From the NCBI GenBank assembly GCA_020853705.1, contig JADYYK010000245.1:7943-71942 (forward strand): a stretch of 64,000 nt of DNA. Direction: 5' to 3'. Numbering within the stretch: the stretch's first letter is position 1; each line of letters begins with the position of its first letter. The notes below the pieces were generated by a model. It made no database searches, was not told where the DNA came from, and was given only the letters and a program-made list of their open reading frames with translations. This DNA comes from Deltaproteobacteria bacterium (GTDB lineage: Bacteria > Myxococcota_A > Polyangia > Haliangiales > JADYYK01). This document shows, in pieces, positions 1-14,367 of this stretch. Position numbers and translations under genes: made by a program.

Positions 1-114
1 CTGGCGGCCGGCCACTATGCCACCGAGGTGTTCGGGCCGCAGCGCCTGGGCGCCGAGCTGGCGACGCGGTTTGGCGTCGCCACCACCTTCGTAGACGTCC
101 CGTCTCCACTGTAG
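1..114 (+). CDS. Nif3-family (dinuclear metal centre / GTP cyclohydrolase I type 2-like) protein, C-terminal fragment; the gene starts upstream of the window
   Basis: The in-frame translation ends ...LAAGHYATEVFGPQRLGAELATRFGVATTFVDVPSPL with a stop at 112-114. GHYATE is the conserved C-terminal metal-binding motif of Nif3/YbgI-family proteins. Confidence 0.45.
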   Translation: MAAGHYATEVFGPQRLGAELATRFGVATTFVDVPSPL

Positions 115-134
115 AGAAGAAAAGGAAGCTCCCG

Positions 135-1745
135 ATGACGACTCCGCAGCCGTTCAAGGTCCTGGTCGCCGACGACATGTCGGATCGCGTCACCGCGCTG
201 CTGCGCGAGACGCCGGGCATCGAGGTCACGGTGAAGACCGGCATGAAGCCGGCCGAGCTCCTGGCCTTCGTGGCGCCGTTCCACGCCATCCTGGTGCGCT
301 CGTCGAGCAAGATCACGCCCGAGGTCATCGACGCGGCGCCCGAGCTGCGCTTCCTGGGTCGCGCCGGCATCGGCATCGACAACATCGACGTCAAGGCGGC
401 GTCGCGGCGCGGGATCGTGGTCGAGAACACGCCCTCGGGCAACGCGGTGACCACGGCCGAGCACGCCATCTGCCTGCTGTGCTCGCTGGTGCGCCACATC
501 CCGCAGGCCACCGCGTCGATGCGCGCCGGCAAGTGGGACAAGAAGAAGTTCCAGGGCACCGAGCTGTTCGAGAAGACGCTGGGCGTGGTCGGCCTGGGCA
601 ACATCGGGCGCCTGGTCGCGGAGCGCGCCACCGGCCTCAAGATGAAGGTCATCGCCTTCGATCCCTTCCTGGGCGAGGAGGCCGCGCAGCGCGTCGGCGC
701 CGAGCTGGTCACGCTCGATCAGCTGTTCACGCGCTCGGACTTCATCAGCGTGCACACGCCGCTGACCGCCGAGACCAAGGGGCTCATCGGGGCGCAGTCG
801 ATCGCGCGCATGAAGAAGGGCGTCTTCATCGTCAACGCCGCGCGTGGCGGGATCGTGGACGAGGCCGCGCTGCTCGACGCGCTGAAGTCGGGCCACGTGG
901 CCGGCGCCGCGCTCGACGTCTTCGCGGCCGAACCGCCCACCGGCAGCCCGCTGCTGGAGCAGGACAACGTGGTGCTGACGCCGCACCTGGGCGCGTCGAC
1001 CGACGAGGCGCAGGAGAAGGTCGCGGTGGAGCTCGGCGAGCAGCTGGTGGCGTTCGTGACCCGCGGCGAGATCAAGAACGCGGTCAACGTCGCGCCGGTA
1101 TCGCGCGAGGTGCTGCCGCGCCTGCAGCCGTACCTGGAGCTGGCCGGCAAGCTGGGCAGCATGGTCGGGCAGCTGACGCGCGGGATCAACGAGGTCGACG
1201 TGGTGCTGACCGGCGAGGTCGGGGAGCTGGGCAGCAAGGCGGTCGCCATGGCCGCGCTGGCCGGCGTGCTGCGGCCGCACCTGGATCGCCACGTGGTCAA
1301 CGAGGTCAACGCCGCCATCGTGGCCGCCGAGCGCGGCATCAAGATGACGCAGACGCAGCGCCCCGCGGGCCGCGACTACACCAGCGCCATCACCGTCGTC
1401 GCGCGCGATCGCGACGGCAAGCAGCACCTGGTGCGCGGCGCGGTGTTCCACGTCGGCGAGCGCACCGAGCCGCGCATCGTGCAGGTCGATCAGTACACCC
1501 TGGAGGCGGTGCCCGAGGGGCGCCTGGTCATCATGCGCAACCACGACCGGCCCGGTGTCATCGGCGCGGTCGGCACGCTGTTCGGACAGCGCGGCATCAA
1601 CGTCGCGCGGCTGCACCTCGGCCTCGACAAGGCCAACGACCAGGCCCTGGCGCTGTGGAACGTCGACGGCGAGATCGAGGACGCCGTGCTCGACGAGCTG
1701 CGCAAGCTGCCGCATGTGGTCGAGGTCCTGCGCGTCAGTCTGTAG
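135..1745 (+). CDS. serA: D-3-phosphoglycerate dehydrogenase with C-terminal ACT domain
   Basis: 536-aa ORF. It has an NAD-binding GxGxxG (VGLGNIGRLVA), a catalytic region of the D-isomer 2-hydroxyacid dehydrogenase type, and a C-terminal ACT-like segment (VIMRNHDRPGVIGAVGTLFGQRGINV). The RBS aaggaag lies upstream. Confidence 0.9.
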   Translation: MTTPQPFKVLVADDMSDRVTALLRETPGIEVTVKTGMKPAELLAFVAPFHAILVRSSSKITPEVIDAAPELRFLGRAGIGIDNIDVKAASRRGIVVENTPSGNAVTTAEHAICLLCSLVRHIPQATASMRAGKWDKKKFQGTELFEKTLGVVGLGNIGRLVAERATGLKMKVIAFDPFLGEEAAQRVGAELVTLDQLFTRSDFISVHTPLTAETKGLIGAQSIARMKKGVFIVNAARGGIVDEAALLDALKSGHVAGAALDVFAAEPPTGSPLLEQDNVVLTPHLGASTDEAQEKVAVELGEQLVAFVTRGEIKNAVNVAPVSREVLPRLQPYLELAGKLGSMVGQLTRGINEVDVVLTGEVGELGSKAVAMAALAGVLRPHLDRHVVNEVNAAIVAAERGIKMTQTQRPAGRDYTSAITVVARDRDGKQHLVRGAVFHVGERTEPRIVQVDQYTLEAVPEGRLVIMRNHDRPGVIGAVGTLFGQRGINVARLHLGLDKANDQALALWNVDGEIEDAVLDELRKLPHVVEVLRVSL

Positions 1746-1765
1746 TGGTATTGTCGCCCGCCGCC

Positions 1766-4454
<2,689 letters not shown>

Positions 4455-4455
<1 letters not shown>

Positions 4456-4547
4456 TGTTCCGGCAGCCCATCCTCGTCACCGCCGCCATCATCGCCGCCG
4501 CCGCGCTGGGGCTGCTGTTCCTGGTGCTGCGCGGTGGCTGCTCGTAG
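4455..4547 (+). CDS. small hydrophobic peptide (30 aa), possibly a membrane peptide; hypothetical
   Basis: Its ATG overlaps the purA TGA stop (TGATG). It encodes MFRQPILVTAAIIAAAALGLLFLVLRGGCS, a single predicted TM helix. It is too short for the ORF track. Confidence 0.3.
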
Positions 4548-4716
4548 CTTACGAAAAAGCGTCGCGATGAAGCCAAAGCTGCCCCGGGGCTCCGGGTCTA
4601 TGCCTTCGAGAACGGCGGGTTTTCCGGTCGGCCGGTCTCTGGTGGTGGGCGCCCGTCCCGGCCCGACCCACCGTGGCGGTAGCCTGTCCGAGGTGCCGAG
4701 GAGCATGGCCAGTTGT

Positions 4717-4745
4717 TTGCTAGAAACGGTGAAAAGTCATATGAT
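4717..4745 (+). promoter_or_regulatory. sigma70-like promoter candidate (TTGCTA-N17-TATGAT) upstream of the gene at 4800-6719
   Basis: Both hexamers and the 17-nt spacing were read directly from the sequence. The stretch is locally AT-richer. The gene ATG is at 4800, preceded by a gagagg RBS. Confidence 0.4.
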
Positions 4746-4799
4746 GTCGCGACTGAAAAGGTCCGGCGTCCCCCAGGTCCCACTCTTCGAGAGGCCTCG

Positions 4800-6719
<1,920 letters not shown>

Positions 6720-6748
6720 CGTAGCGGCGTCGGACGCCTGAAGCAGCA

Positions 6749-6786
6749 GGGCCCCGCGGGCAACCGACGCGGGGCTCTGGTGTTTT
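6749..6786 (+). terminator. Rho-independent terminator candidate between convergent genes
   Basis: The stem ggccccgcg, loop ggcaaccga, stem cgcggggc and T-run tctggtgtttt lie just after the stop at 6719. The convergent minus-strand gene ends at 6801. Confidence 0.55.
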
Positions 6787-6800
6787 CGGAGCGCGAGGCG

Positions 6801-7778
6801 CTACGGGATGCCGCTCAGCTTGTGCGCCTGCTTGACCGCGCCCTCGAGGTCGCCGCTGTAGTACCAGGGATACCTGAAGGCGCCCCAGCCCATGTGGGTC
6901 AGCGGCACGCGCAGGCGCGCGGCGTCCTCGGCGATGAAGGCGGCATAGGCCAGCACGTTCCACGGCAGGGTGGCCCAGGGTCCCATGGGCGCGGTCTGCT
7001 CCAGGGCGGCGATGGCGTGATCGAGCTCGGCCAGCACCGCTGGCTGCTTGAAGTAAGCGCGTGCGGCGGCCTCGCCGATGTCCATCAGCTGGCTGTTCCA
7101 GACCTCGATGTGCGCAGCGATTGGCAGTGCGGGCAGGCCGCTCAGGGTCTCGGCGCGGGCGGCGGCGGCGCGCGCGAAGTCGAGCACCGCCTCGCCGGGC
7201 AGGCCGCTCCACTTGGGCGCCATCGCGACCACCAGTTGCTGGTGCGCCAGCCAGTGGTCGGGCTGGCGCTTGCAGGCCTCGGCGAGGAGCTGCCGACCCA
7301 CGGCGAGGTCGGCGTCCTGGCCGCGCGCGACCTTGATGGCGAAGGCGTACGGGGTCGGGTCGGAGGGATCCATCTGTATGACCAGGTCGAGATCTTGGCG
7401 CGCCAGCGTGAGGCGCTGCTGGAACAGGTTGGCCGCGCCGCTGCCCACGCCGGCGCCGGCGCCGCTGCCGCGTGCCTGCCAGGCCCAGTCGATCCGCGTG
7501 ACGCCGCGCACCAGGAAGGGCACCACCGAGTGCGGCTCGTTGCCACACCAGGCGTCACACAGGACGCCGAGGTGGGGCACCAGGTGAGGCGACACCAGGT
7601 CGAGGTAGAAGGCGCGGTCGTTCCACAGCATGTCGCGCGTGGTCAGCAGGACGGTGTTGGTCGAGCTGACGTCGTAGCGCTTGACGGCGTCGACCAGCAT
7701 TGCCCCGGTGGCGTCGCCCGCGCCGGGATGGAGTCTGCTGCCGGCGAACATGGATTTGAGGCTGTCGAACAGACCCAT
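6801..7778 (-). CDS. hypothetical protein
   Basis: 325-aa ORF with non-repetitive, protein-like composition. It converges with the upstream gene at the terminator. I recognised no motif. Confidence 0.5.
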   Translation of the reverse strand: MGLFDSLKSMFAGSRLHPGAGDATGAMLVDAVKRYDVSSTNTVLLTTRDMLWNDRAFYLDLVSPHLVPHLGVLCDAWCGNEPHSVVPFLVRGVTRIDWAWQARGSGAGAGVGSGAANLFQQRLTLARQDLDLVIQMDPSDPTPYAFAIKVARGQDADLAVGRQLLAEACKRQPDHWLAHQQLVVAMAPKWSGLPGEAVLDFARAAAARAETLSGLPALPIAAHIEVWNSQLMDIGEAAARAYFKQPAVLAELDHAIAALEQTAPMGPWATLPWNVLAYAAFIAEDAARLRVPLTHMGWGAFRYPWYYSGDLEGAVKQAHKLSGIP

Positions 7779-7843
7779 GCTGGGGACGGTAGCACTGGAG
7801 GTGCGATGGGAGGGGAGGGATGACGGGGAGGAGGAGGAGGACG

Positions 7844-7891
<48 letters not shown>

Positions 7892-7916
7892 TCGTGCCCT
7901 CAGGCCGTTGTCTCGT

Positions 7917-9263
7917 TCACCCCTTCAGGCGGGCGGCCAGCGCGAGCAACCCCAGCCCGAACACCAGGATGGCTGCGCCGCTCGCGACCACCGCCGCGCG
8001 CCGCGTGCGGTCGCCGGTGTCGCCGGTCAAGCGCGCGCGCGACTCCGGGGTCGCCAGCAGCGCCGAGGCCAGCAGGTTGCCGCCCGCGAACAGGGCGCAC
8101 AGCAGGATGGCCATCGGCGCCCGCGCCGCGAAGCCGGCCAGGGCCATGGCGCCCCACACCGCGGGTGAGCGCACCGCGGTCTTCAGCGCGTCCGCACCTG
8201 CGGGCAGCGGCGCCGTCGCGGTGCGCCGCGCCAGCGCCAGCGTCACGATGCCGATCGCGGCCATCACACCCGCCGCCGCCAGCCCCAGCGCGCGCGGCGG
8301 TGACAGCTGCTCGAACAGGCGCGCCACCGGCAGCGCCGCGATCCCCACCACCAGGGTGCGCGCCAGGGCGTCCGCGATCGGGCTGACCTGCACCTTGTCG
8401 CTGGTCAGCGCCGCCAGCCGCGCCGGCGCCACCGCATCCAGGGCGCCCAGGATCAGCGCGATCACCATCATCAGCAGCGCGCCCGCCGCGCCCAGGTCGG
8501 CGCGGTGTGACAGCCCCAGCCACCACGGCACCGCGCCGCCACCGCCACCGCCAGCCCGGGTCGCGCCGCTGCCGGGTCGGCCGGCCGGCTGCTCCGGCGC
8601 CGCGTCGTCCAGCCAGGCCACCGTCACCGAGCGATCCTCTCCGCTCAGCTCGGCCGAGCCGCGCCACAGGAACTGCGACGTGACGCCCTGGCCATGGCGA
8701 CCGACGTGCGACGCCACCACGCGCAGGCCGGGCTCGGCCTGTACATAGAGCTCGGTCTCGCCCGGCAAGTCCGGCTCGAAGGAGTGATCGACATACAGCG
8801 AGTGGCTGCGCATCCGCCGCAGCGGTGCGCGCAGCACCAGGTCGACCGAGAACGATCCCGCGCGGGTGACCGCCTGGCCCAGCCCCACCGAGGCCTCGGT
8901 CTTGTCCACCGGCACCACCACGCCATCGATCTCCAGCCGCAGCTTCGGCATCACCTCGGCCTGGGCGCGCTGCGCGAACGCCATCTGCTCGGCGTCGTCG
9001 AGCACACCGTCGCGCGAGGTGTCCATCTGCGCCCGCGCCTCCAGCGCCGGGGCGTCTCCGAAATACAGCGTGTACACGAAGCGCACGCTGTCCTGGCTGA
9101 CGTCCAGCTTGAGGTAGCGGTTGTTCAGGTTGGGATCGGGGCCGACATGCGCGGCCGCCGGCGTGGCCACGGCCAGCGTGCCCAGGGCGAGGACCCCGGC
9201 CACGACCTGGCCCAGCGCCGTCGTGTCAACCCTGCCTGGCCTCGAGCGCCGATGCGAGCCCAC
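7917..9263 (-). CDS. membrane protein: signal peptide, roughly 230-aa periplasmic domain, then a C-terminal polytopic Ala/Leu/Gly-rich TM region; hypothetical
   Basis: 448-aa ORF. The N-terminus VVAGVLALGTLAVATPAAAHVG looks like a signal peptide. The C-terminal half has several hydrophobic helices (LGAAGALLMMVIALILGAL..., GVMAAIGIVTLALA..., AILLCALFAGGNLLASALL...). Confidence 0.5.
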   Translation of the reverse strand: MGSHRRSRPGRVDTTALGQVVAGVLALGTLAVATPAAAHVGPDPNLNNRYLKLDVSQDSVRFVYTLYFGDAPALEARAQMDTSRDGVLDDAEQMAFAQRAQAEVMPKLRLEIDGVVVPVDKTEASVGLGQAVTRAGSFSVDLVLRAPLRRMRSHSLYVDHSFEPDLPGETELYVQAEPGLRVVASHVGRHGQGVTSQFLWRGSAELSGEDRSVTVAWLDDAAPEQPAGRPGSGATRAGGGGGGAVPWWLGLSHRADLGAAGALLMMVIALILGALDAVAPARLAALTSDKVQVSPIADALARTLVVGIAALPVARLFEQLSPPRALGLAAAGVMAAIGIVTLALARRTATAPLPAGADALKTAVRSPAVWGAMALAGFAARAPMAILLCALFAGGNLLASALLATPESRARLTGDTGDRTRRAAVVASGAAILVFGLGLLALAARLKG

Positions 9264-9435
9264 GCGCCCCGTCTATCACCTTCGCGGCCCGCGGGCAAAG
9301 GCCAAAGCCCCGAAACCACGTTCCCGCGGCCTGTCGCGCCAGTCAGGCCGCTCACGGTATTGACCGGAATCGTTGGCGCACCGTAGACTCCGCCTGCCCG
9401 GTCTTGCCGGGTGAACCCGCTTCGGAGGGTAGCTT

Positions 9436-10842
9436 ATGAGGAAGTCCCTGGCCTTCGCGCTGATTGGCTGCACGACTCTGCTCGGTTGTGGCGGTGGTGA
9501 TGGTGGTGGCCCCAACCCGGCGTTCGTCGACAAGCCGCCGTGCAGCGCCGCCACCAACGTCCCGCGCGCCGGCGACCACAAGCTGGTGCTGGCCAACCTC
9601 GAGATCGCGGACGTGACCGAGGGCTTCGACTTCAACGGCGACGGCCTCATCGACAACGTGTTCGGCAACATCGGCCCGCTGGCCAACGGCTCGATCTCCG
9701 ACTCGCTGGCCAAGGGCGAGCTGGTCGTCCCCTTGGAGCTGTTCGACTTCCCGGCGGTCGCCGACGACACCTGCCTGAAGATGAACTTCTACCTCGGCAA
9801 GTACCGCTTCGACGACGACAACGACACCAAGGTCACCACCGACACCAAGGGCAAGGGTGACTGCAACGATCACGAGATGACCATCCGCCCCGGCAACCCC
9901 GAGCTGGCCGACAACGGCGTCGATGACGACTGTGACGGCCTGGCCGACGAGACCCCGGGCGCCACCGGCCAGCCCGACGTGCCGTCGACCGCGACGCGCG
10001 ACATGGACATGGACGGCCAGACCGTGGCCGCTGGCGACTGCGACGATCGGCCCACCATGGGCACCATGTCGAAGAAGATGGCGGGCGCCGAGGTCTGCGG
10101 CGACGGCTATGACAACGACTGCTCGGGCGCCGCCGACGACGGCTGCACCTTCACCGACGGCAAGGGCGCCGTGGCCCTGGATCCGCTGTCGTTCAACGCC
10201 GACCAGTCGGCCAAGATCGACTTCCAGAACGCCTCGGTGAAGGCGGGGCTGCTCGACGCCGGCCCGTCCAAGTTCGAGCTCTCGGTGCCGGCCATCAGCG
10301 ACTTCGACCTCAACCTCAAGATCACCGGCACCCACGTGCAGGGCAAGGTCGCCGCCAGCGGCACCAGCGCCACCATCGGCACCATGACGGAGCTGGCCAA
10401 GCTGGGCGGCGTGCTGGATCTGCGCACGCTCGATCAGGTGCGCGGCATCGAGGTCAGCCAGATCAGCCTGCGCAAGGAGGACTCGCTGCTCGACGCCGTG
10501 TTCGCTGGCGGCGTCGTGGTCGCCTTCCTGCCGCTGCCCAAGAAGGAGGGCGGCAAGTATGACCAGCAGCCGACGCCCGACATCGACGTCGACGGTGACG
10601 GCCTCGAGATCGTGTGCCAGTCGGATCCGCCCGGCAGCACCAGCTGCGCGGCCAACCCCAAGGGCGACTTCCCGGTGGTCGACCTGTGCATCGATGGCGA
10701 CGGCACCGCGGTGCGCGACGCCGACATGCCCACCGGGGTGCAGTGCACCGAGGCCAAGCTCCCGAACGGCAAGTACCGCTTCGTGGACGGCATCAGCGTG
10801 GCCTTGAATTTCCGCGCGGTTCCTGTGACGTTCAAGCCCTGA
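9436..10842 (+). CDS. secreted lipoprotein with Asp/Cys-rich putative metal-binding (MopE-like) repeats
   Basis: Lipobox LIGCTTLLGCGGG. Repeated motifs are DCNDHE, GVDDDCDGLADE, GDCDDRP and GDGYDNDCSGAADDGC. The protein is 468 aa. Confidence 0.65.
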   Translation: MRKSLAFALIGCTTLLGCGGGDGGGPNPAFVDKPPCSAATNVPRAGDHKLVLANLEIADVTEGFDFNGDGLIDNVFGNIGPLANGSISDSLAKGELVVPLELFDFPAVADDTCLKMNFYLGKYRFDDDNDTKVTTDTKGKGDCNDHEMTIRPGNPELADNGVDDDCDGLADETPGATGQPDVPSTATRDMDMDGQTVAAGDCDDRPTMGTMSKKMAGAEVCGDGYDNDCSGAADDGCTFTDGKGAVALDPLSFNADQSAKIDFQNASVKAGLLDAGPSKFELSVPAISDFDLNLKITGTHVQGKVAASGTSATIGTMTELAKLGGVLDLRTLDQVRGIEVSQISLRKEDSLLDAVFAGGVVVAFLPLPKKEGGKYDQQPTPDIDVDGDGLEIVCQSDPPGSTSCAANPKGDFPVVDLCIDGDGTAVRDADMPTGVQCTEAKLPNGKYRFVDGISVALNFRAVPVTFKP

Positions 10843-10878
10843 CCCGGTTCGCACCGAACCCGCCCCGAGGAGCCGACC

Positions 10879-11094
10879 TTGCCCACCGACGTCGTCGCAC
10901 ACATCACCGGAACCGTCTGGAAGATCGAGAAGCAGATCGGCGACGACGTCGCCGAGGGCGACACCCTCATCATCCTGGAATCGATGAAGATGGAGATGCC
11001 CGTCGAGGCGCCCGCCTCTGGTAAGATCCAGGCCATCAAGATCAAGGAGGGCGATCCGGTCACCGAGGGCGCCGTCCTGATCATCCTGATCTAG
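10879..11094 (+). CDS. stand-alone biotin/lipoyl-attachment domain protein (BCCP-like, 71 aa)
   Basis: ...GDTLIILESMKMEMPVEAPASGKIQAIKIKEGDPV contains the (E/A)MKM biotinylation motif in a hybrid-barrel context. No carboxylase gene is adjacent. Confidence 0.7.
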   Translation: MPTDVVAHITGTVWKIEKQIGDDVAEGDTLIILESMKMEMPVEAPASGKIQAIKIKEGDPVTEGAVLIILI

Positions 11095-11119
11095 ACCACC
11101 CCTCACCGGAGCATCCGCC

Positions 11120-11392
11120 ATGAAGTTCGCCGCTGCCCTGTTGCTTGCGTTGGCTGTCGCGGGGTGTGGCGCGGTGGATGGCAAGGCGGTGGGCGCCAGC
11201 TGCCGGTCGTCGAGCGAGTGCGCCGACGGCCTGGTGTGCGACACCCTGACCGACAAGTGCGCCGAGAACATCACGCTGCGCCGCGACTCCGGCGTCGTCG
11301 ATGCCAACATGGTCGACGACGCCGAGGTCATGGACGTCCGCCCCATCGACGTGCGCATCATCGACGCGCCGTCGATCGACGCCCGCGACTGA
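11120..11392 (+). CDS. small Cys-containing lipoprotein, hypothetical
   Basis: MKFAAALLLALAVAGCGAVDG carries the lipobox LAVAGC. The protein is 90 aa and acidic at its C-terminus. Confidence 0.5.
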   Translation: MKFAAALLLALAVAGCGAVDGKAVGASCRSSSECADGLVCDTLTDKCAENITLRRDSGVVDANMVDDAEVMDVRPIDVRIIDAPSIDARD

Positions 11393-11411
11393 GCCCGGCG
11401 GCCAGCCCGGG

Positions 11412-12527
11412 CTACGGCTCCTCGACCACGGCCGGCGGCACGCCCATGGTGTTGAACGGGCGCTCCTTGAGGATGCGGCTCATGGTCTTGAAGTCGTCGA
11501 ACAGCTCGCGGTCGGCCAGCATGAGGCCGATGGTGCCCTCGGCGTCGGCGACGGCCTGGGTGATCTGACCGGTCACCTTCATGATGCGGCGCGCCTCGTC
11601 GAGGGTGCCGCGCAGGGTGCGAAGACCCGCCAGCAGCGTCTTGCGCTTCGCCGTCGGCAAGAGGCCCCCGAGGCGCGTGATGTTGGCCTGCAGCACCACC
11701 ACCTTGGCGCGCATCTCGGTGATGTCGGCCTCGACCGCCTTCATGGCCTTGCGAAAGCGCGCCACCACCGCGCGCAGGCGGGGCAGGCGCTGGCCCGGCG
11801 CCAGCTCCTCGAGCAGGAGGTCGCCCTCGCGCATGGCCTCGCGCACGTGGGCCACGATGCGGCTGACCTGGCCGCTCTCGGTGGGCAGCGACTGCAGGGT
11901 GTCCCACAGCGCCCAGGCCGCGACCGCGAACTCGGCGAACGCCGGGCGCTGCTGCTCCACCGCGGAGCGCAGGATCTTCATGTTCTCCAGCGAGCGCGTC
12001 AGCAGCCGGTCGGTCGGCGCCGGCGTGACGCCGCACACCACGTCGCCGTCCTTCAGCAGCGGTCCCGGCTCGACCTCGCGCGGCGGCGGCAGCACCTCGA
12101 TGTACTGCGGCGCCAGGATCGAGCCCTGGTTGACGAAGAACTCGGCGTTGCTGCGCAGGTTGTCCCGCTCGCTACGCTTGATCCACAGCGTCAGCAAGAT
12201 CCGCGGCGCGCTGCTCTCGTGGCCGGCCTCGGCGGCGTCGCCGAACACCGGCGGCTCGACCGGGCACACCCGGCTGTCGCGGCTGGCGAAGGCGACGCGC
12301 TCGATCTGGCCAATCTTCTTGCCCGACACCCGCACCGCGGTGCCCACGCCCAGCTTGCCGATGCGCCCGAGCTCCATGGTGACCTCGACGCCGGGCCCGA
12401 AGTGCCGGCCCTCGATGAGGACCGTGGTGCCCAGGAAGGCCGCCACCAGGCCGATCGCGACGCTGCCCACCACGAGGCGCAGACTGTCCTCGTCGCGGCG
12501 CTTCTTCTTTTTCGCTGGCGCGGCCAT
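11412..12527 (-). CDS. MlaD/MCE-family protein (second of two)
   Basis: An N-terminal TM helix (VVGSVAIGLVAAFLGTTVL) is followed by an MCE domain (...GVTAVRVSGKKIGQIERVAF) and a C-terminal coiled-coil region. It is the last gene of the minus-strand cluster. Confidence 0.75.
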   Translation of the reverse strand: MAAPAKKKKRRDEDSLRLVVGSVAIGLVAAFLGTTVLIEGRHFGPGVEVTMELGRIGKLGVGTAVRVSGKKIGQIERVAFASRDSRVCPVEPPVFGDAAEAGHESSAPRILLTLWIKRSERDNLRSNAEFFVNQGSILAPQYIEVLPPPREVEPGPLLKDGDVVCGVTPAPTDRLLTRSLENMKILRSAVEQQRPAFAEFAVAAWALWDTLQSLPTESGQVSRIVAHVREAMREGDLLLEELAPGQRLPRLRAVVARFRKAMKAVEADITEMRAKVVVLQANITRLGGLLPTAKRKTLLAGLRTLRGTLDEARRIMKVTGQITQAVADAEGTIGLMLADRELFDDFKTMSRILKERPFNTMGVPPAVVEEP

Positions 12528-12549
12528 GGCTCGGTTCAGCGCTTCCGGC

Positions 12550-13566
12550 CTATTCCTTCCACAAGAACTTCCAGGGATTGCGCTTGAGGTCGCGCACCAT
12601 CTCCTTGAGGTCGAGGTAGATGGCGTCGTCCCACACGAAGGCGCCCGCGGTGCCCTTGCCGGCGCGGATGTGGTCGACCACGCCGCCGACCTTCCTGGTG
12701 ATGCCGTTGACGTTCTTGGTGAGATCGGTGACCTGATCCAGCGCGGCCAGGATCTTGTCGCGATCCTCGGGCCGGATGATGCCGGTGGCCCTGATGACGC
12801 CGTCCATGGTCTTGTTGGCCTTGTTCATCACCCCGGGCAGCTCGCGGCTCGCGGTGGCGCTGATCGACTCCACGTTGGCGATCGTCCGCGACAGTCGCGC
12901 CGGGTTGGCGATGCCCTTGCGCAGATCCCCGATCAGGCCCGCGCCCTGCTCGGTCAGCCCCTCGGCCTTCTGCAGGAGGCCCGAGATCTGCGCCTTGTTC
13001 TCGGTCAGCAGCGCGTTGACCGTGTTGACCGTGCTGGTCGAGTCCTCGATCAGCATGGTGATCTTCTCCTTGTTCTTCTTGAGCACCCACGACACCCCGT
13101 CGAGCACGTCGAACAGGCGCGCCACGATGAGGTCGGTGCGCGGCGGGTCTTCGCCGTCGGCCTCGAACCCCGGCGGCATCGCCGGCTGATCGAAGGTGCC
13201 CGGGTTGATCTCGAGGTACTGCTCGCCCAGCACGCCGGCGGTGTTGACGTAGAACTCGGCGTTCTGGCGCACGGTGTCCTTGACTCGATCCTCCAGCCAC
13301 ACCACCAGGCGCACATACTCGCGCTTGCCGGTCTTGGCCGAGACCTTGCCGCCGCGGAACTGCACGCTCTTGACCTTGCCGACCTTGATGCCCGAGACCT
13401 TGACCGGCGCGCCGGGGTGGATGTTGCCCGAGTAGCGGAACGACGCGTACACGGTGTAGCCATCCGACAGCGAGAAGTTGCCGAGGATGAAGATGAAGCC
13501 GCCGAGCAGGACCAGCGCGATCAGGATCATCGCGCCCACCTTGATCTCGAGCCCTCGTTCACGCAT
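12550..13566 (-). CDS. MlaD/MCE-family protein (first of two)
   Basis: An N-terminal TM helix (GAMILIALVLLGGFIFILG) is followed by an MCE domain (YTVYASFRYSGNIHPGAPVKVSGIKVGKVKSVQF) and a long helical C-terminus. Confidence 0.8.
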   Translation of the reverse strand: MRERGLEIKVGAMILIALVLLGGFIFILGNFSLSDGYTVYASFRYSGNIHPGAPVKVSGIKVGKVKSVQFRGGKVSAKTGKREYVRLVVWLEDRVKDTVRQNAEFYVNTAGVLGEQYLEINPGTFDQPAMPPGFEADGEDPPRTDLIVARLFDVLDGVSWVLKKNKEKITMLIEDSTSTVNTVNALLTENKAQISGLLQKAEGLTEQGAGLIGDLRKGIANPARLSRTIANVESISATASRELPGVMNKANKTMDGVIRATGIIRPEDRDKILAALDQVTDLTKNVNGITRKVGGVVDHIRAGKGTAGAFVWDDAIYLDLKEMVRDLKRNPWKFLWKE

Positions 13567-13575
13567 GCGTGCCTC

Positions 13576-14367
13576 TCAAAATCCCGGGGTTTCCATCGGG
13601 CCGTGCGACTGCCCGGTGATGAACTGCTGCACCACCGGATCGGTGGAGGCCCGCAGCTCGGCCGGCGTGGCACAGACGTGCACCACGCCGCGATACAGGA
13701 AGGCGACCCGGTCCGCGATCGAGAAGATCGAGGTCAGGTCGTGCGACACCACGATGGACGTCACGCCCAGGGTGTCGGTCAGCTCGCGGATCAGCTTGTC
13801 GATGCGCCGCGCGCTGACCGGGTCGAGGCCGGTGGTGGGCTCGTCGAACAGCACCACCTCGGGATCCAGCGTCAGGGTGCGCGCGATGGCGGCGCGCTTG
13901 CGCATGCCGTCGCCCAGGTCGGACGGCAGGCGATCGGCGAACTCGCCCATGTGGACCTGCTCGAGCCGGCGCCTGGCCTCGGCGTAGGCGCGCGCGCCGT
14001 GGAGGCCCTTGTGCTTGCGCAGCGGCAGCGCGACGTTGTCGAGCAGCGTCATCGAGTCGAACAGGGTGGAGTTCTGGAACACCATGCCGCACTTCTTGCG
14101 CAGCGGGTACAGCGCGGCCTCGTCGAGATCCTGCACCGGCTGGCCGTCATAGAGGATCTCGCCGGCGTCGGCCTCGATGAGGCCGATGAGGTGCTTGATG
14201 GTGACCGACTTGCCGACGCCCGAGGTGCCGATGATGAACATGACCTCGCCGCGCCCGATCTCGAGATCGATGCCGGTCAGCACGGCCTTGCCCCCGAACG
14301 CCTTCTCGACGCCGCGGAACACGATCTTGGGGCCGTCAGGGGTGGTGGTCTTCGTGGGGTTCGCCAT
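13576..14367 (-). CDS. mlaF: ABC transporter ATP-binding protein, MlaF-like
   Basis: Walker [10 protein letters not shown]-loop, signature [18 protein letters not shown], Walker [14 protein letters not shown] and an H-loop with His (IVVSHDLT). The ORF track fuses it with the upstream gene in 13576..15285. I split it at ATG 14365-14367, giving 263 aa. Confidence 0.85.
   Translation of the reverse strand: MANPTKTTTPDGPKIVFRGVEKAFGGKAVLTGIDLEIGRGEVMFIIGTSGVGKSVTIKHLIGLIEADAGEILYDGQPVQDLDEAALYPLRKKCGMVFQNSTLFDSMTLLDNVALPLRKHKGLHGARAYAEARRRLEQVHMGEFADRLPSDLGDGMRKRAAIARTLTLDPEVVLFDEPTTGLDPVSARRIDKLIRELTDTLGVTSIVVSHDLTSIFSIADRVAFLYRGVVHVCATPAELRASTDPVVQQFITGQSHGPMETPGF

Noticed and set aside
15-1715. 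566-aa minus-strand ORF antisense to serA
   Set aside because: It is a high-GC artefact with low-complexity Arg/Ala/Gly-rich translation. It fully overlaps the well-supported serA on the opposite strand.
9352-12036. 894-aa minus ORF and similar long antisense or out-of-frame ORFs (11581..14382, 25709..28678, 30681..33731, 34979..37540, 39563..41551, 41431..43191, 43592..45928, 47149..48864, 49242..51509, 54205..55890)
   Set aside because: These are stop-codon-poor frames typical of 70%-GC DNA. Their translations are Arg/Gly/Ala/Pro-rich and lack motifs. Each overlaps a gene with clear domain signatures on the other strand or frame.
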